Assembly: GCA_964468395.1 (NCBI GenBank) | Contig: CAYXUJ010000003.1 | Coordinates: forward strand, 18,190-82,189 | DNA length: 64,000 bases | From: an uncultured Steroidobacteraceae bacterium | GTDB taxonomy: Bacteria; Pseudomonadota; Gammaproteobacteria; Steroidobacterales; Steroidobacteraceae | Direction: 5' to 3' | Shown: in pieces, positions 49,731 to 57,799 of the stretch | Numbering within the stretch: the stretch's first letter is position 1 | Layout: every line of letters begins with the position of its first letter | The notes under the pieces: generated by a model | What the model was told of the DNA's origin: nothing | The model's input: only the letters and a program-made list of their open reading frames with translations | Databases searched by the model: none | Position numbers and translations under genes: made by a program

Positions 49731-51779
49731 CTACTCGAGGCCGTCCTCGACCCGCCCGTCGGCGTAGATCGTCAGGTCGTCGCCGGGCTCGGCGGTCGTG
49801 GTCACGCTGCCCGCCGCGAATTCCACGGTGACGTCGTAAGTGCCCGGCCACGGGCCGCCGAACTGCAGGTCGTAGCCGCCCTGCGACCGCAGCCCGGATC
49901 CCGATTCGATCACGCGCGTCATGACCCGGTTCGGCGCGTCCTGCGGCACGACGCGCACGATACGGCCCTGCTGGTTGCGCTCGCCGCCGGCTCCGAGCAC
50001 GCGGATGCGGATGCGGGTCGACAGGACGCTGGCGCCGCGCAGCAGCCGGTAGCCGTCGCCCCAGCGCGCCACCGTGTCCGGCCGCCCGTCGCCGCTGATG
50101 TCGGCGCAGGAGAACAGGTCGTTGTAGTCGACCAGGTCGTCGGAGTCGACGACGACCTCGCGCTGGACGGCGGACGGCATCAGCGCGCCGTTGACGTTGA
50201 CCAGCAGCTTCGGCACGCCGGTGCCGGTGCCGGTGTCGTTGTTGGCGATGTAGACGTCCTCGAACCCGTCGATGTTCATGTCGCAGGCGGCGAGCCCGTA
50301 GCCGAAGGTCGGCGTGCTGTCCTCGGCGACGATCGTGCCCGCATCGAAAACGCCCGCCGTGTTGCGGTACAGGCGCGTGACCGAGCCGTCGTGGTGGACC
50401 AGGTCGAGATCGCCGTCCAGGTCCACGTCCATCAGCTTGAGGCCCTGGTCCGCGCGCACCGGCATGCCGGCCGCGGCGCTGCCGTCGCTGAAGGTGCCGT
50501 CGCCGTCGTTGAGCAGCAGGCGGGAGCCGAACAGCAGGTCGATGTAACCGTCCTCGTTGAAATCCACGGCCTGGCCGCCGCGCGGCACGTAGGCGGCGCC
50601 CGCGGGGTTGGCGTCGACGCCGGCCGCAGCCGCCACGTCGGTGAATACGCCGGCGCCGTCGTTCTGCAGCAGCCAGTTGCGCGCGCCGTCGCCCTGCGTG
50701 TGGTCGTTCGGCGCGAACAGGTCGAGGTCGCCGTCATTGTCGAAGTCGGCCACCAGCAGCGTGCCGCCGAAGCCGCCGATGCCGAGCGCCGACACGCCGG
50801 CCGAGGCCTGGAACACGCCCGTGCCCTGGTTGACGTGGAACAGCGCAATCGAGGCCGGGTCGTCGGCCGGCGACAGCGTGTTGCTGAACAGGTCGTCCAC
50901 CAGGTCGCCGTTCAGGTCGGCGAAGCGCGAGTCGCCGGTGGTGCGGCCGGCCGCCAGCAGGTCGGAGAGCCCGGCAGTCGCCAGGTCCACGGCCGTGAAG
51001 CTGCCGCGGCAGATATTCTGCTCGACCGTGCCGTTCGCAGTCGGGAGGTCGAGGCAGCCATCGTCATTGGCATCGCCGACCGCCGCGCCGGCCTGCTCGA
51101 CGTCGTGCTCGGAGATGACCGTTGTCGACGACACGGCGATCGGGCCGCCGATGCCGATGCGGGTGTCGTTCAGCGCGATCACGCGGTAGTACAGCGTCGC
51201 CGTGACCGGGATCGCCGCCCGCACGAACGGCGATGCATCGGTTTCCTCGAAGAAGGCGAATGGCCGGCGCCCCTCGAGCTGGTCTTCCGTGGTCGCGAAG
51301 TACACGCGATAGCGGGTGGCGCCCTGCGCCGGACCGAAGTAAATCGTGTGGCCCGGGTCCTGGCTCGTGACGGCGACCCACTCGACCGGGCCGGGCACGG
51401 GCCCCGGCGTCGCGCTGACCGTCAGGCTTTCCGGGCCGCCGCCGCCCTTGGTCTTGCCGAGGATCCGGTAGCGGTAGGTCCGGAAATTGGTCAGGCCGGT
51501 GTGCGTGTAGCTGGTGGCCGTGATGTCGTGGATCTTGTTGCTGAGCTCGCCGTTCGGCGTCGTGCCGTCGGTCCACAGGATGGTGTAGGTATCCGCACCC
51601 GTGACCGCGCCCCAGGTCAATTCGATGAAGCCGTCGCCGGCCTCGGCGAACGGGTCCGACGGCGCCGCGTGGGGCGGGCTATCCCCGAGCACGTCGCTGC
51701 AACCGGCCAGGCCCAGGGCAAATCCCAGGACGACGATTCCGCTGACCGCCCGGCCGGCGGTGGACGCTGACAAAGACAT
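49731..51779 (-). CDS. FG-GAP/VCBS repeat lipoprotein with Fn3-like N-terminal domains and ASPIC/UnbV C-terminus (CRTAC1-like)
   Basis: 682 aa from the ATG at 51779. Lipobox LGLAGC and two Fn3-like modules (..TWGAVTGADTYTILW..; ..ATRYRVYF..). Repeated FxDxDxDGxxD Ca-binding FG-GAP motifs (DLNGDLVDD, DFDNDGDLD, DFNEDGYID, DVDLDGDLD, DISGDGRPD). ASPIC-like tail. Confidence 0.82.
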   Translation of the reverse strand: MSLSASTAGRAVSGIVVLGFALGLAGCSDVLGDSPPHAAPSDPFAEAGDGFIELTWGAVTGADTYTILWTDGTTPNGELSNKIHDITATSYTHTGLTNFRTYRYRILGKTKGGGGPESLTVSATPGPVPGPVEWVAVTSQDPGHTIYFGPAQGATRYRVYFATTEDQLEGRRPFAFFEETDASPFVRAAIPVTATLYYRVIALNDTRIGIGGPIAVSSTTVISEHDVEQAGAAVGDANDDGCLDLPTANGTVEQNICRGSFTAVDLATAGLSDLLAAGRTTGDSRFADLNGDLVDDLFSNTLSPADDPASIALFHVNQGTGVFQASAGVSALGIGGFGGTLLVADFDNDGDLDLFAPNDHTQGDGARNWLLQNDGAGVFTDVAAAAGVDANPAGAAYVPRGGQAVDFNEDGYIDLLFGSRLLLNDGDGTFSDGSAAAGMPVRADQGLKLMDVDLDGDLDLVHHDGSVTRLYRNTAGVFDAGTIVAEDSTPTFGYGLAACDMNIDGFEDVYIANNDTGTGTGVPKLLVNVNGALMPSAVQREVVVDSDDLVDYNDLFSCADISGDGRPDTVARWGDGYRLLRGASVLSTRIRIRVLGAGGERNQQGRIVRVVPQDAPNRVMTRVIESGSGLRSQGGYDLQFGGPWPGTYDVTVEFAAGSVTTTAEPGDDLTIYADGRVEDGLE

Positions 51780-51945
51780 TCGTACTTGATCCCGTTCCAG
51801 TTGGTGGTCCGCGACCGATAGACGGCCACGGGACGGGACAGTTCCGCCTGCAATCGGCGTCCTGCCCGGGTTTGCTGCATTATACCGCGGTCCGGCCGCC
51901 GGACCGGTTGGCCGGGCCTGGTACCGAAAGAGGGGGGTCATCCAG

Positions 51946-52341
51946 ATGGTCAAGAAAGCGATCTCTTGGGGGCTGGTCGGTGCTTTCGCGCTGCTGTGGT
52001 GGTACGCGGGGCACCGCTGGCCGTACATCAACGTCCCCGGCAATCAGTGGGGGACGGTCTACATCATGTTCACGTTCATCAGCCTCGCAGTACTGATGCG
52101 CAGCCGGCAGGCGGCGGGAGCCGGCATGCTCGACGGGCTCGTGGGCACGGTCCGGGGCTTCCTGCCGGTCCTGCCGTGGCTTGCGCTCGCGATCATCGTC
52201 GCGCGCGGCATCGCCTGGCTGCTGCTCGGTGTCGTGAACCCGCTGGATCACTTCATCCACGCGGTGGTGGCCGTGCTCGTGGCTGGCTTTACGACCTCGC
52301 TCTGGTACGGCGCGATCGTCAACGCCGGCGACGACTCCTGA
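51946..52341 (+). CDS. small polytopic membrane protein (unknown)
   Basis: 131 aa, 4 hydrophobic segments, with a GAGGGG SD-like site. No family recognised. Confidence 0.5.
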   Translation: MVKKAISWGLVGAFALLWWYAGHRWPYINVPGNQWGTVYIMFTFISLAVLMRSRQAAGAGMLDGLVGTVRGFLPVLPWLALAIIVARGIAWLLLGVVNPLDHFIHAVVAVLVAGFTTSLWYGAIVNAGDDS

Positions 52342-52356
52342 CCGGCTCGCGGCCGC

Positions 52357-53385
52357 TCAGGCGGCCGCCGGGCGGAAATCGACGCGCGCGTCCGAGGCCA
52401 TGCAGTAGATCTCGACCGGGCGCACGCGGCCGCGCAGCACCAGCGGCGGCAGCTCGACCAGGCCGCTCGGCGGCGGATCGAGCGACTGCCGGACCGAGCG
52501 CGAGAACAGCGCTTCGCCCGCTCGCGCGCGTTGCACCAGGCGCGCGGCGACGTTGACGGTGTCGCCGATCAGCGTGTAGTTCGGCCGCTCGGGCGCGCCC
52601 ACGTCGCCGACGATCACGTCGCCGGCGTTGATGCCGATGCCGATGCCGGTCTCCAGCCCGAGGCGGGCCTTCCAGTCCGTCGCGAGGCGGCCGAATCCCG
52701 CGATCATGCCGCGCGCGGCGGACACCGCCCGCCCGCAGGCGTCGTCCGACGGCGACGGCAGGCCGAAGCCCGCCATCAGCCCGTCGCCTGCGACATGGAA
52801 GACGGTGCCGCCGTGCTCCGCCGTCACCGTCGCCAGCATCGAAAAGTAGTCGTTCAGGAGCGGCACGACCTCGGCAGGGCTCAGCCGCTCGGCGACCGCC
52901 GTGAAGCCGCGCATGTCGGCGAACAGCACCGTGCCCGACACGCGCGCATGGCCGATGCCGCTGCGCGCGCGCGCGGTGCAGCGGCAGGTTCCGAGCTGGT
53001 GCAGCTCGACCAGGTTGCCGGCCGGGTCGGCCAGGAACAGCTGCCGGGACTCCGGCCCGAGGCGGCCGTGCACGACGCGATAACGCACGGCGAGCCGGTC
53101 GAGCTCGGCCTGCGCCTCGTCGATGCTGGCGACTGCGAGCGCCACGTGCGGGGCGCCGGGATCGAAGTCGCCCGGCGGCCGCGACGCCTGCGGGGCGGCG
53201 AGCAGATGCAGCTGGGCATGGGGCCCGGCATTGAGCCGCTGGCCGTCGTCGGCGCGGTCCCAGGCGGCATGGTCGGGTTCGAGCCCGAGGACCTCGCGGT
53301 AGAAGCGCAGCGTCGCCGCGGCGGCCTCCGGCCCCGGCGTCACGCGCAGCGCCTGGTGGTGCAGCTCAGCGATCTTCAGGCTCAT
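52357..53385 (-). CDS. VOC (glyoxalase/dioxygenase fold) domain fused to class III adenylate/guanylate cyclase domain
   Basis: 342 aa from the ATG at 53385. N-terminal VOC domain (LHHQALRV.....FYREVLGL....HVALAV.....ADPAGNLVELHQ). C-terminal CHD domain (VLFADMRGFTAVAE...HVAGDGLMAGFG...IGINAGDVIVGDVG....YTLIGDTVNVAARL). The start overlaps the upstream gene stop (ATGA at 53382-53385). Confidence 0.82.
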   Translation of the reverse strand: MSLKIAELHHQALRVTPGPEAAAATLRFYREVLGLEPDHAAWDRADDGQRLNAGPHAQLHLLAAPQASRPPGDFDPGAPHVALAVASIDEAQAELDRLAVRYRVVHGRLGPESRQLFLADPAGNLVELHQLGTCRCTARARSGIGHARVSGTVLFADMRGFTAVAERLSPAEVVPLLNDYFSMLATVTAEHGGTVFHVAGDGLMAGFGLPSPSDDACGRAVSAARGMIAGFGRLATDWKARLGLETGIGIGINAGDVIVGDVGAPERPNYTLIGDTVNVAARLVQRARAGEALFSRSVRQSLDPPPSGLVELPPLVLRGRVRPVEIYCMASDARVDFRPAAA

Positions 53386-53741
53386 GGCGAGCCGTGCGGG
53401 TCGAACAGCTCGACCGTCAACTCCACGACGCGCTCGTCCCCGGCCGCCAGCGCGCCGACGCCGACCAGCTTGCGCGCGAGCTCGGCGCCCTTGGCGTCGC
53501 GGATCACGACGACGACGGCGTACTCCCCCGGCCCGTCCGTCGCCTGTCGTGACACCTGTCCCGCGACCTTCAGCGCGACCTTGCCGGCGGCTTCCGACTG
53601 CGCATCCTTGCGCGACTCGAAGCGCAGGTGGTGCCGGCAGGCAGGGCAGACCGCGGCGCTCTCGAGGATCGTCGCCCGGCAATGCGGGCAGGACCTCGTC
53701 TTGCCGATGGTCGCCGCGTTGCGGTTCATCGCGCGCGCCAT
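53382..53741 (-). CDS. zinc-ribbon protein with C-terminal beta-rich domain (unknown function)
   Basis: 119 aa. CPHC(x11)CPAC zinc ribbon near the N-terminus, followed by about 80 aa with no recognised family. Lies 3 nt downstream of the bactofilin stop. Confidence 0.6.
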   Translation of the reverse strand: MARAMNRNAATIGKTRSCPHCRATILESAAVCPACRHHLRFESRKDAQSEAAGKVALKVAGQVSRQATDGPGEYAVVVVIRDAKGAELARKLVGVGALAAGDERVVELTVELFDPHGSP

Positions 53742-53744
53742 GGC

Positions 53745-54242
53745 TCAGGCGCGACCGGCGCCTTTCGCGCTGCCCGTTTCGCTCCAGCCGAACTCGGCGC
53801 GGCCGCGCATGCGCGCGCCGCCCGCGACCGACAGCGAGCCCGCGTTGACGTCGCCGTTGATCACGCCCGTCTGGTGCAGCTCGACCTTGTGCGCGCTCTC
53901 GATGTTGCCCTCGATTTCGCCGGCGACGATCACGGAACCCGCGCGCACTGCGCCCGCGAGATGGGCGCCGGCCTCGATGGTGAGCGTGCCGTCCACGTGC
54001 ACGTCGCCCTTGAAGCGCCCGGCGATGCGCACATGGCCGGAGCCCTCGATCTTGCCCTCGAAGGTGAGCCCGGTCGCAATGACCGACTCCTTGGGTTCCC
54101 GGCGGGGCGCCGCAGCAGATGCGCCAGGGCCCGGGGACGGGCTCGGCACGGGCTCGGGCCGCGGGCGGGCGGCCTGCGGCGGTGCAGGCGGCGCCTCATT
54201 GGATTCGGCGTCTTTCGTCACGATGTCTTTCCAGATGGCCAT
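53745..54242 (-). CDS. bactofilin family protein (second paralog) with Pro-rich N-terminal tail
   Basis: 165 aa. Pro-rich tail (APPAPPQAARPRPEPVPSPSPGPG), then DUF583 repeats (ATGLTFEGKIEGSGHVRIAGRFKGDVHVDGTLTIEAGAHLAGAVRAGSVIVAGEIEGNIESAHKVELHQTGVINGDVNAGSLSVAGGARMRG). Confidence 0.85.
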   Translation of the reverse strand: MAIWKDIVTKDAESNEAPPAPPQAARPRPEPVPSPSPGPGASAAAPRREPKESVIATGLTFEGKIEGSGHVRIAGRFKGDVHVDGTLTIEAGAHLAGAVRAGSVIVAGEIEGNIESAHKVELHQTGVINGDVNAGSLSVAGGARMRGRAEFGWSETGSAKGAGRA

Positions 54243-54345
54243 GGCGGCTCCTCCGCGTGGGGGGACGCCAAGAGTAGCCAGTTAGGAGGCTGCCGGCGAG
54301 CCGCCTGTCGCCCTCCGGCGACAGCTGAGCGCCCGCCGGAGCCGC

Positions 54346-55728
54346 CTAGAAGAGGCCTGGCAGCCAGGCGTGGGTCGTCGCCAGCGCGCGGGAGAAGGGC
54401 AGCCTGAAGCCCGTCCGGGCCTTCAGGAACGGGGCGGCCGGGGCAGCCATGACCTGGCCGCAGGCCCCGGTGCCGAGCCAGGACAGGGCGGCGGCTGTCG
54501 AGCTCTCGGCCTCGTCCCAGGGGCTGCGCGTGAGGTCGTCGGCCGCCGCGCAGGCGAACGGCAGGGTCGGCGCGAGGCCGTCGAAATAGTCGCCCTCGCC
54601 GTCGGCATTGGTGACCTTGAAGGTGACCAGGCGCAGGCGCAGGTTGCAGCCGTTGAGATCGAACGCCGACTGCCCGACCGGCTTGCCGTAGGTGTCGGAG
54701 CCGACGATCGCCACCTCGATCCAGGGCTTCAGCGAGTTGATCACCAGCTCGCTGGCCGAGGCGGTGCTGCCCGTGGTGATGAAGGCGATGCGGACCGGCG
54801 CGACCGACTGCTGCTGGGACATGAAGCGGCGCACCGAGTCGTTCGACGACTTGCTGGCGTTGAAGCGCGTGAAGGAAAAAACATCGCCCGGGCTGCGGCC
54901 GAACGCGTGCAGGTCGCCGACCAGGTCGGCGATGCTGACCAGGCCGCCGCCGTTGTAGCGGAAGTCGACGATGAAGTACTGGATGCCCTGGGCGCGGAAT
55001 TGCGCATAGGCATCGCGCAGCGGCGTCTCGGCGGTCGAGATGAAGGTGCGCAGGTTGAGGTAGGCGACCGGCACCGAAGGATTGGCAGGCAGCGCCAGCA
55101 CCGCCGTGCCGCCGGCCGGCACCGGCGGGATCGTGACGATCGCTTTCGTGAACACCGACTCACGCTGCTGGCCGCCCGGCAGCGTGAAGCGCAGGCCACG
55201 CTGCACACCCTCGGTCGCCGGGCCGAAAGCCTGTTCGAGGTTCGGGTCGGTCGCCAGGATCGTGGCCATCGGCACGAAGCCGCTGCCTGAATCGACGTGC
55301 GTGATTTCCGCGCCCCGCACCAGGCCGCCGGCCGCGGCCGGGCTGCCTTCGAATACGTCCGGCACCCACAGGCGATCGGTGTCGATGCGCGTGCGGAATC
55401 CGAAGCCGATGAACTGGCCCTCCTGCAGGAACGAGCTGTCGGCCTGCGGCGTGGTCAGGTAGCTGAAGAAGCGGTCCTTGCCCTGCGCGCGCGCGGTTGC
55501 GGTCAGGTCGTCGAGCAGTTCGCCGGCATCCGCGTAGCCGGCGGTGTTGACCGAGGCCGGCAGCAGCTCCTGGAACAGGTACCAGTCGCGCGCCACGTCG
55601 AGCACGAAGTTCTTCTGCCGGGTCGCGGAACAGGAGCCGCCGGGGACGGCGGCGCCGTCGCCGCTGCCGCCGCCGCAGGCGGCGAGCAGCGTTGCCACGC
55701 AGGTTGCGGCCGCGGCCAGCAGCCTCAT
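54346..55728 (-). CDS. S41 family peptidase lipoprotein (PDZ plus tail-specific protease domain)
   Basis: 460 aa. Lipobox LLAAC, PDZ domain (VFEGSPAAAGGLVRGAEITHVD), and S41 motifs (DFRYNGGG; GSTASASE; TYGKPVGQ). Confidence 0.82.
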   Translation of the reverse strand: MRLLAAAATCVATLLAACGGGSGDGAAVPGGSCSATRQKNFVLDVARDWYLFQELLPASVNTAGYADAGELLDDLTATARAQGKDRFFSYLTTPQADSSFLQEGQFIGFGFRTRIDTDRLWVPDVFEGSPAAAGGLVRGAEITHVDSGSGFVPMATILATDPNLEQAFGPATEGVQRGLRFTLPGGQQRESVFTKAIVTIPPVPAGGTAVLALPANPSVPVAYLNLRTFISTAETPLRDAYAQFRAQGIQYFIVDFRYNGGGLVSIADLVGDLHAFGRSPGDVFSFTRFNASKSSNDSVRRFMSQQQSVAPVRIAFITTGSTASASELVINSLKPWIEVAIVGSDTYGKPVGQSAFDLNGCNLRLRLVTFKVTNADGEGDYFDGLAPTLPFACAAADDLTRSPWDEAESSTAAALSWLGTGACGQVMAAPAAPFLKARTGFRLPFSRALATTHAWLPGLF

Positions 55729-55738
55729 CGGTGCGCCC

Positions 55739-56887
55739 TCAGGCGAGCTGCGCGCCCAGCAGCTGCAGACGCCGGTGCTGCATGCGCAGCTGGTAGAGCA
55801 GGGCGCGCGTCTCGGTGCGGAAACTCGCCTCTTCCCAGCGCTGCACGATGCGCTCGCGCGTCTTCGTGTACCAGCCGTCGGTCAGCTTCGACCACTCGGC
55901 CAGCGTCGCGACGAACTGCTCGTACTCGCGCGAAACGAGCGCTCGCAGTTGTTCGATGTCGACGTGCGGCAGGGAGACGCTGCGCCGCGCCAGGCTCGCC
56001 TCGACGCGGCGGAACTGCATGGCGAGCCGCGCGCGCTGGATCGCGACCGCGGGCGTGCGCCGCAGCTTGCGCGTGATGCCGACCCACGACAGCGAGCAGA
56101 TGATCCACTTGCTCGGGTCCCACTGCCACCAGCGGATGCCGTTGCGGTAATCGTGGGCGAACTGGTGGTGGAAATTGTGGTAGCCCTCGCCGTAGGTCAG
56201 GAACGCGAGCCAGCCGTTGTCGCGCGCGCTGTGCTCGTCGCTGTAGGGCTGGCGGCCGAAGGCATGGGCCGCGGAATTGATCAGGAACGTGAAGTGGTGG
56301 CTCACGACCAGGCGCAGGACGCCGGCCAGCAGGAACACGCCCCACAGGTCGCCATGCAGCCAGCCGAGCGCGAGCGGCACGAGCACGTTGAGCCCGATCG
56401 CGAGCGGGTAGTAATACCGGTGCTGGAACGCCACCAGCGGGTCTTTCTGCAGGTCGCGGACGTTGCTGAAATCCGTCTCGCCGCTCGGGTAGCGCCGCAG
56501 CATCCAGCCGATGTGCGAGAACCAGAGCCCGCGGCCGGCCGAATACGGGTCGCGGTCGTTGTCGTCCACGTACTGGTGGTGATTGCGGTGGCCCGAGGCC
56601 CAGACCAGGACGCTGTTCTGCAGCGCCATCGCCCCGAGCAGCATGTACACCAGGCGCAGCGACCAGTGGGCGTCGTAGGTGCGGTGGGACCAGAGGCGGT
56701 GATAGCCGCCGGTGATCGCAAGGCCGTTCGCGTACAGCAGGACGGCGAACCAGACCCAGGCGGCCGTGCTGTAGCCGACGGCGAAACCGTACCAGGGCAC
56801 GACCACGAGCGCCGTGGCGAGCGTCAGGGCGAACATCAGCACGTTGACCCAGAGCAGGCGAGGCCGTTCGGCGACAGTCGAATTCAT
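55739..56887 (-). CDS. acyl-CoA (delta-9 type) fatty acid desaturase
   Basis: 382 aa from the ATG at 56887. Three His boxes are present (HRLWSH; HRNHHQY; HNFHHQF), with TM hairpins and a C-terminal helical extension. Confidence 0.88.
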   Translation of the reverse strand: MNSTVAERPRLLWVNVLMFALTLATALVVVPWYGFAVGYSTAAWVWFAVLLYANGLAITGGYHRLWSHRTYDAHWSLRLVYMLLGAMALQNSVLVWASGHRNHHQYVDDNDRDPYSAGRGLWFSHIGWMLRRYPSGETDFSNVRDLQKDPLVAFQHRYYYPLAIGLNVLVPLALGWLHGDLWGVFLLAGVLRLVVSHHFTFLINSAAHAFGRQPYSDEHSARDNGWLAFLTYGEGYHNFHHQFAHDYRNGIRWWQWDPSKWIICSLSWVGITRKLRRTPAVAIQRARLAMQFRRVEASLARRSVSLPHVDIEQLRALVSREYEQFVATLAEWSKLTDGWYTKTRERIVQRWEEASFRTETRALLYQLRMQHRRLQLLGAQLA

Positions 56888-56966
56888 CGGGAAATCCGCA
56901 ACAGGGGAAAACGGCCCCATTGTGGCCGATCGGGCGCGGGCTGGATACCCCGAATCCTGAGCCACT

Positions 56967-57284
56967 TCACTTTTTTGGAGCGAAAAGCGCCTCGAGAGCC
57001 TCTTTGGCGGACCGGGGATCCGGGGCGCCCGCGGCGCCGGCCGCCGGCGCACGGCCCGCGGCGGGCTCGAAATACCCGCAGAAATTGGCGCGCTCCTTGT
57101 CCTGCACCTCGTCCGCCACCGGTTCGGCGCAGCTTTTCGCCTTGCGGGTGTCGAAGAAGCGGCACATGCGGCACACGTGCAGCTCGGCGCGGCAGGCGCG
57201 GCATTCGTCCCGGCGCGCCAGCGGCAGCGTCAGCTCAGCGAGTGCTGCCCCGCACCTCCAGCAGGCCAGCGGCGGGGCGCCCAT
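56967..57284 (-). CDS. small double zinc-ribbon protein (unknown function)
   Basis: 105 aa. CWRC(x17)CRAC and CRMC(x13)C..(x16)C arrangement, with an Ala/Pro-rich tail. The start codon directly abuts the stop of the upstream gene. Confidence 0.55.
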   Translation of the reverse strand: MGAPPLACWRCGAALAELTLPLARRDECRACRAELHVCRMCRFFDTRKAKSCAEPVADEVQDKERANFCGYFEPAAGRAPAAGAAGAPDPRSAKEALEALFAPKK

Positions 57285-57797
57285 TCACTTGATCCGCGTG
57301 ACCCGGGTCGAGCGATTGGACGGCCCCGACAGCAGGAACGAGCTGAGGGCCGCCGGCTGGATCTTGATCTGCTCGCCGGTCTTGAGCCGGAACAGCGAGT
57401 CCGGCCGGTTCTGCTTCCAGATCTGGCCGTTGTCGAGCGTGATCACCATGAGCCCGTCGGCCCGCTTCCAGATTTCCGTGACGGTTGCATTCAGCTCGGT
57501 CAGGTCGCGCGCGGCCTGGCTGCGCTGATCGTGCCCCTCCCGGTCCATGGCGCCGGTGCGCCCGAAGCGTTCCTCTGGCGTCAGGGCCGGTGCGGCGGCG
57601 GCAGCCGGCGCCGCGGCGGCCGCCGCCGGATTGGCTGCGATGCGGTCGATCTCGCGGTCGTAACAGGCCAGCCGGCGCGCGTCGTCCTGCTCGGCGCGGC
57701 AGTCCAGCAGGGCGCTGTCCTGTGCCGCGGCGGCAGCGGGCAGGGCCAGCGCCATCGCGGCGGCCAGCCAGGCTGCGGGCATCGTCACTCGTTTCAT
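57285..57797 (-). CDS. secreted protein of unknown function (Cys pair, Ala-rich linker, C-terminal beta domain)
   Basis: 170 aa. Signal peptide (AAWLAAAMALALPAAAAAQ), the motif LLDCRAEQDDARRLACYD, a poly-Ala/Pro linker, then the domain VTEIWKRADGLMVITLDNGQIWKQ. Starts 2 nt after the upstream hydroxylase stop. Confidence 0.6.
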   Translation of the reverse strand: MKRVTMPAAWLAAAMALALPAAAAAQDSALLDCRAEQDDARRLACYDREIDRIAANPAAAAAAPAAAAAPALTPEERFGRTGAMDREGHDQRSQAARDLTELNATVTEIWKRADGLMVITLDNGQIWKQNRPDSLFRLKTGEQIKIQPAALSSFLLSGPSNRSTRVTRIK

Positions 57798-57799
57798 CG

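Noticed and set aside
51888-51906. A palindrome CGGTCCGG-CCG-CCGGACCG in the divergent region upstream of the 131-aa membrane protein gene
   Set aside because: It is a short G+C-rich palindrome of a kind expected by chance in this composition. No associated regulator gene is present, so it is noted but not called.
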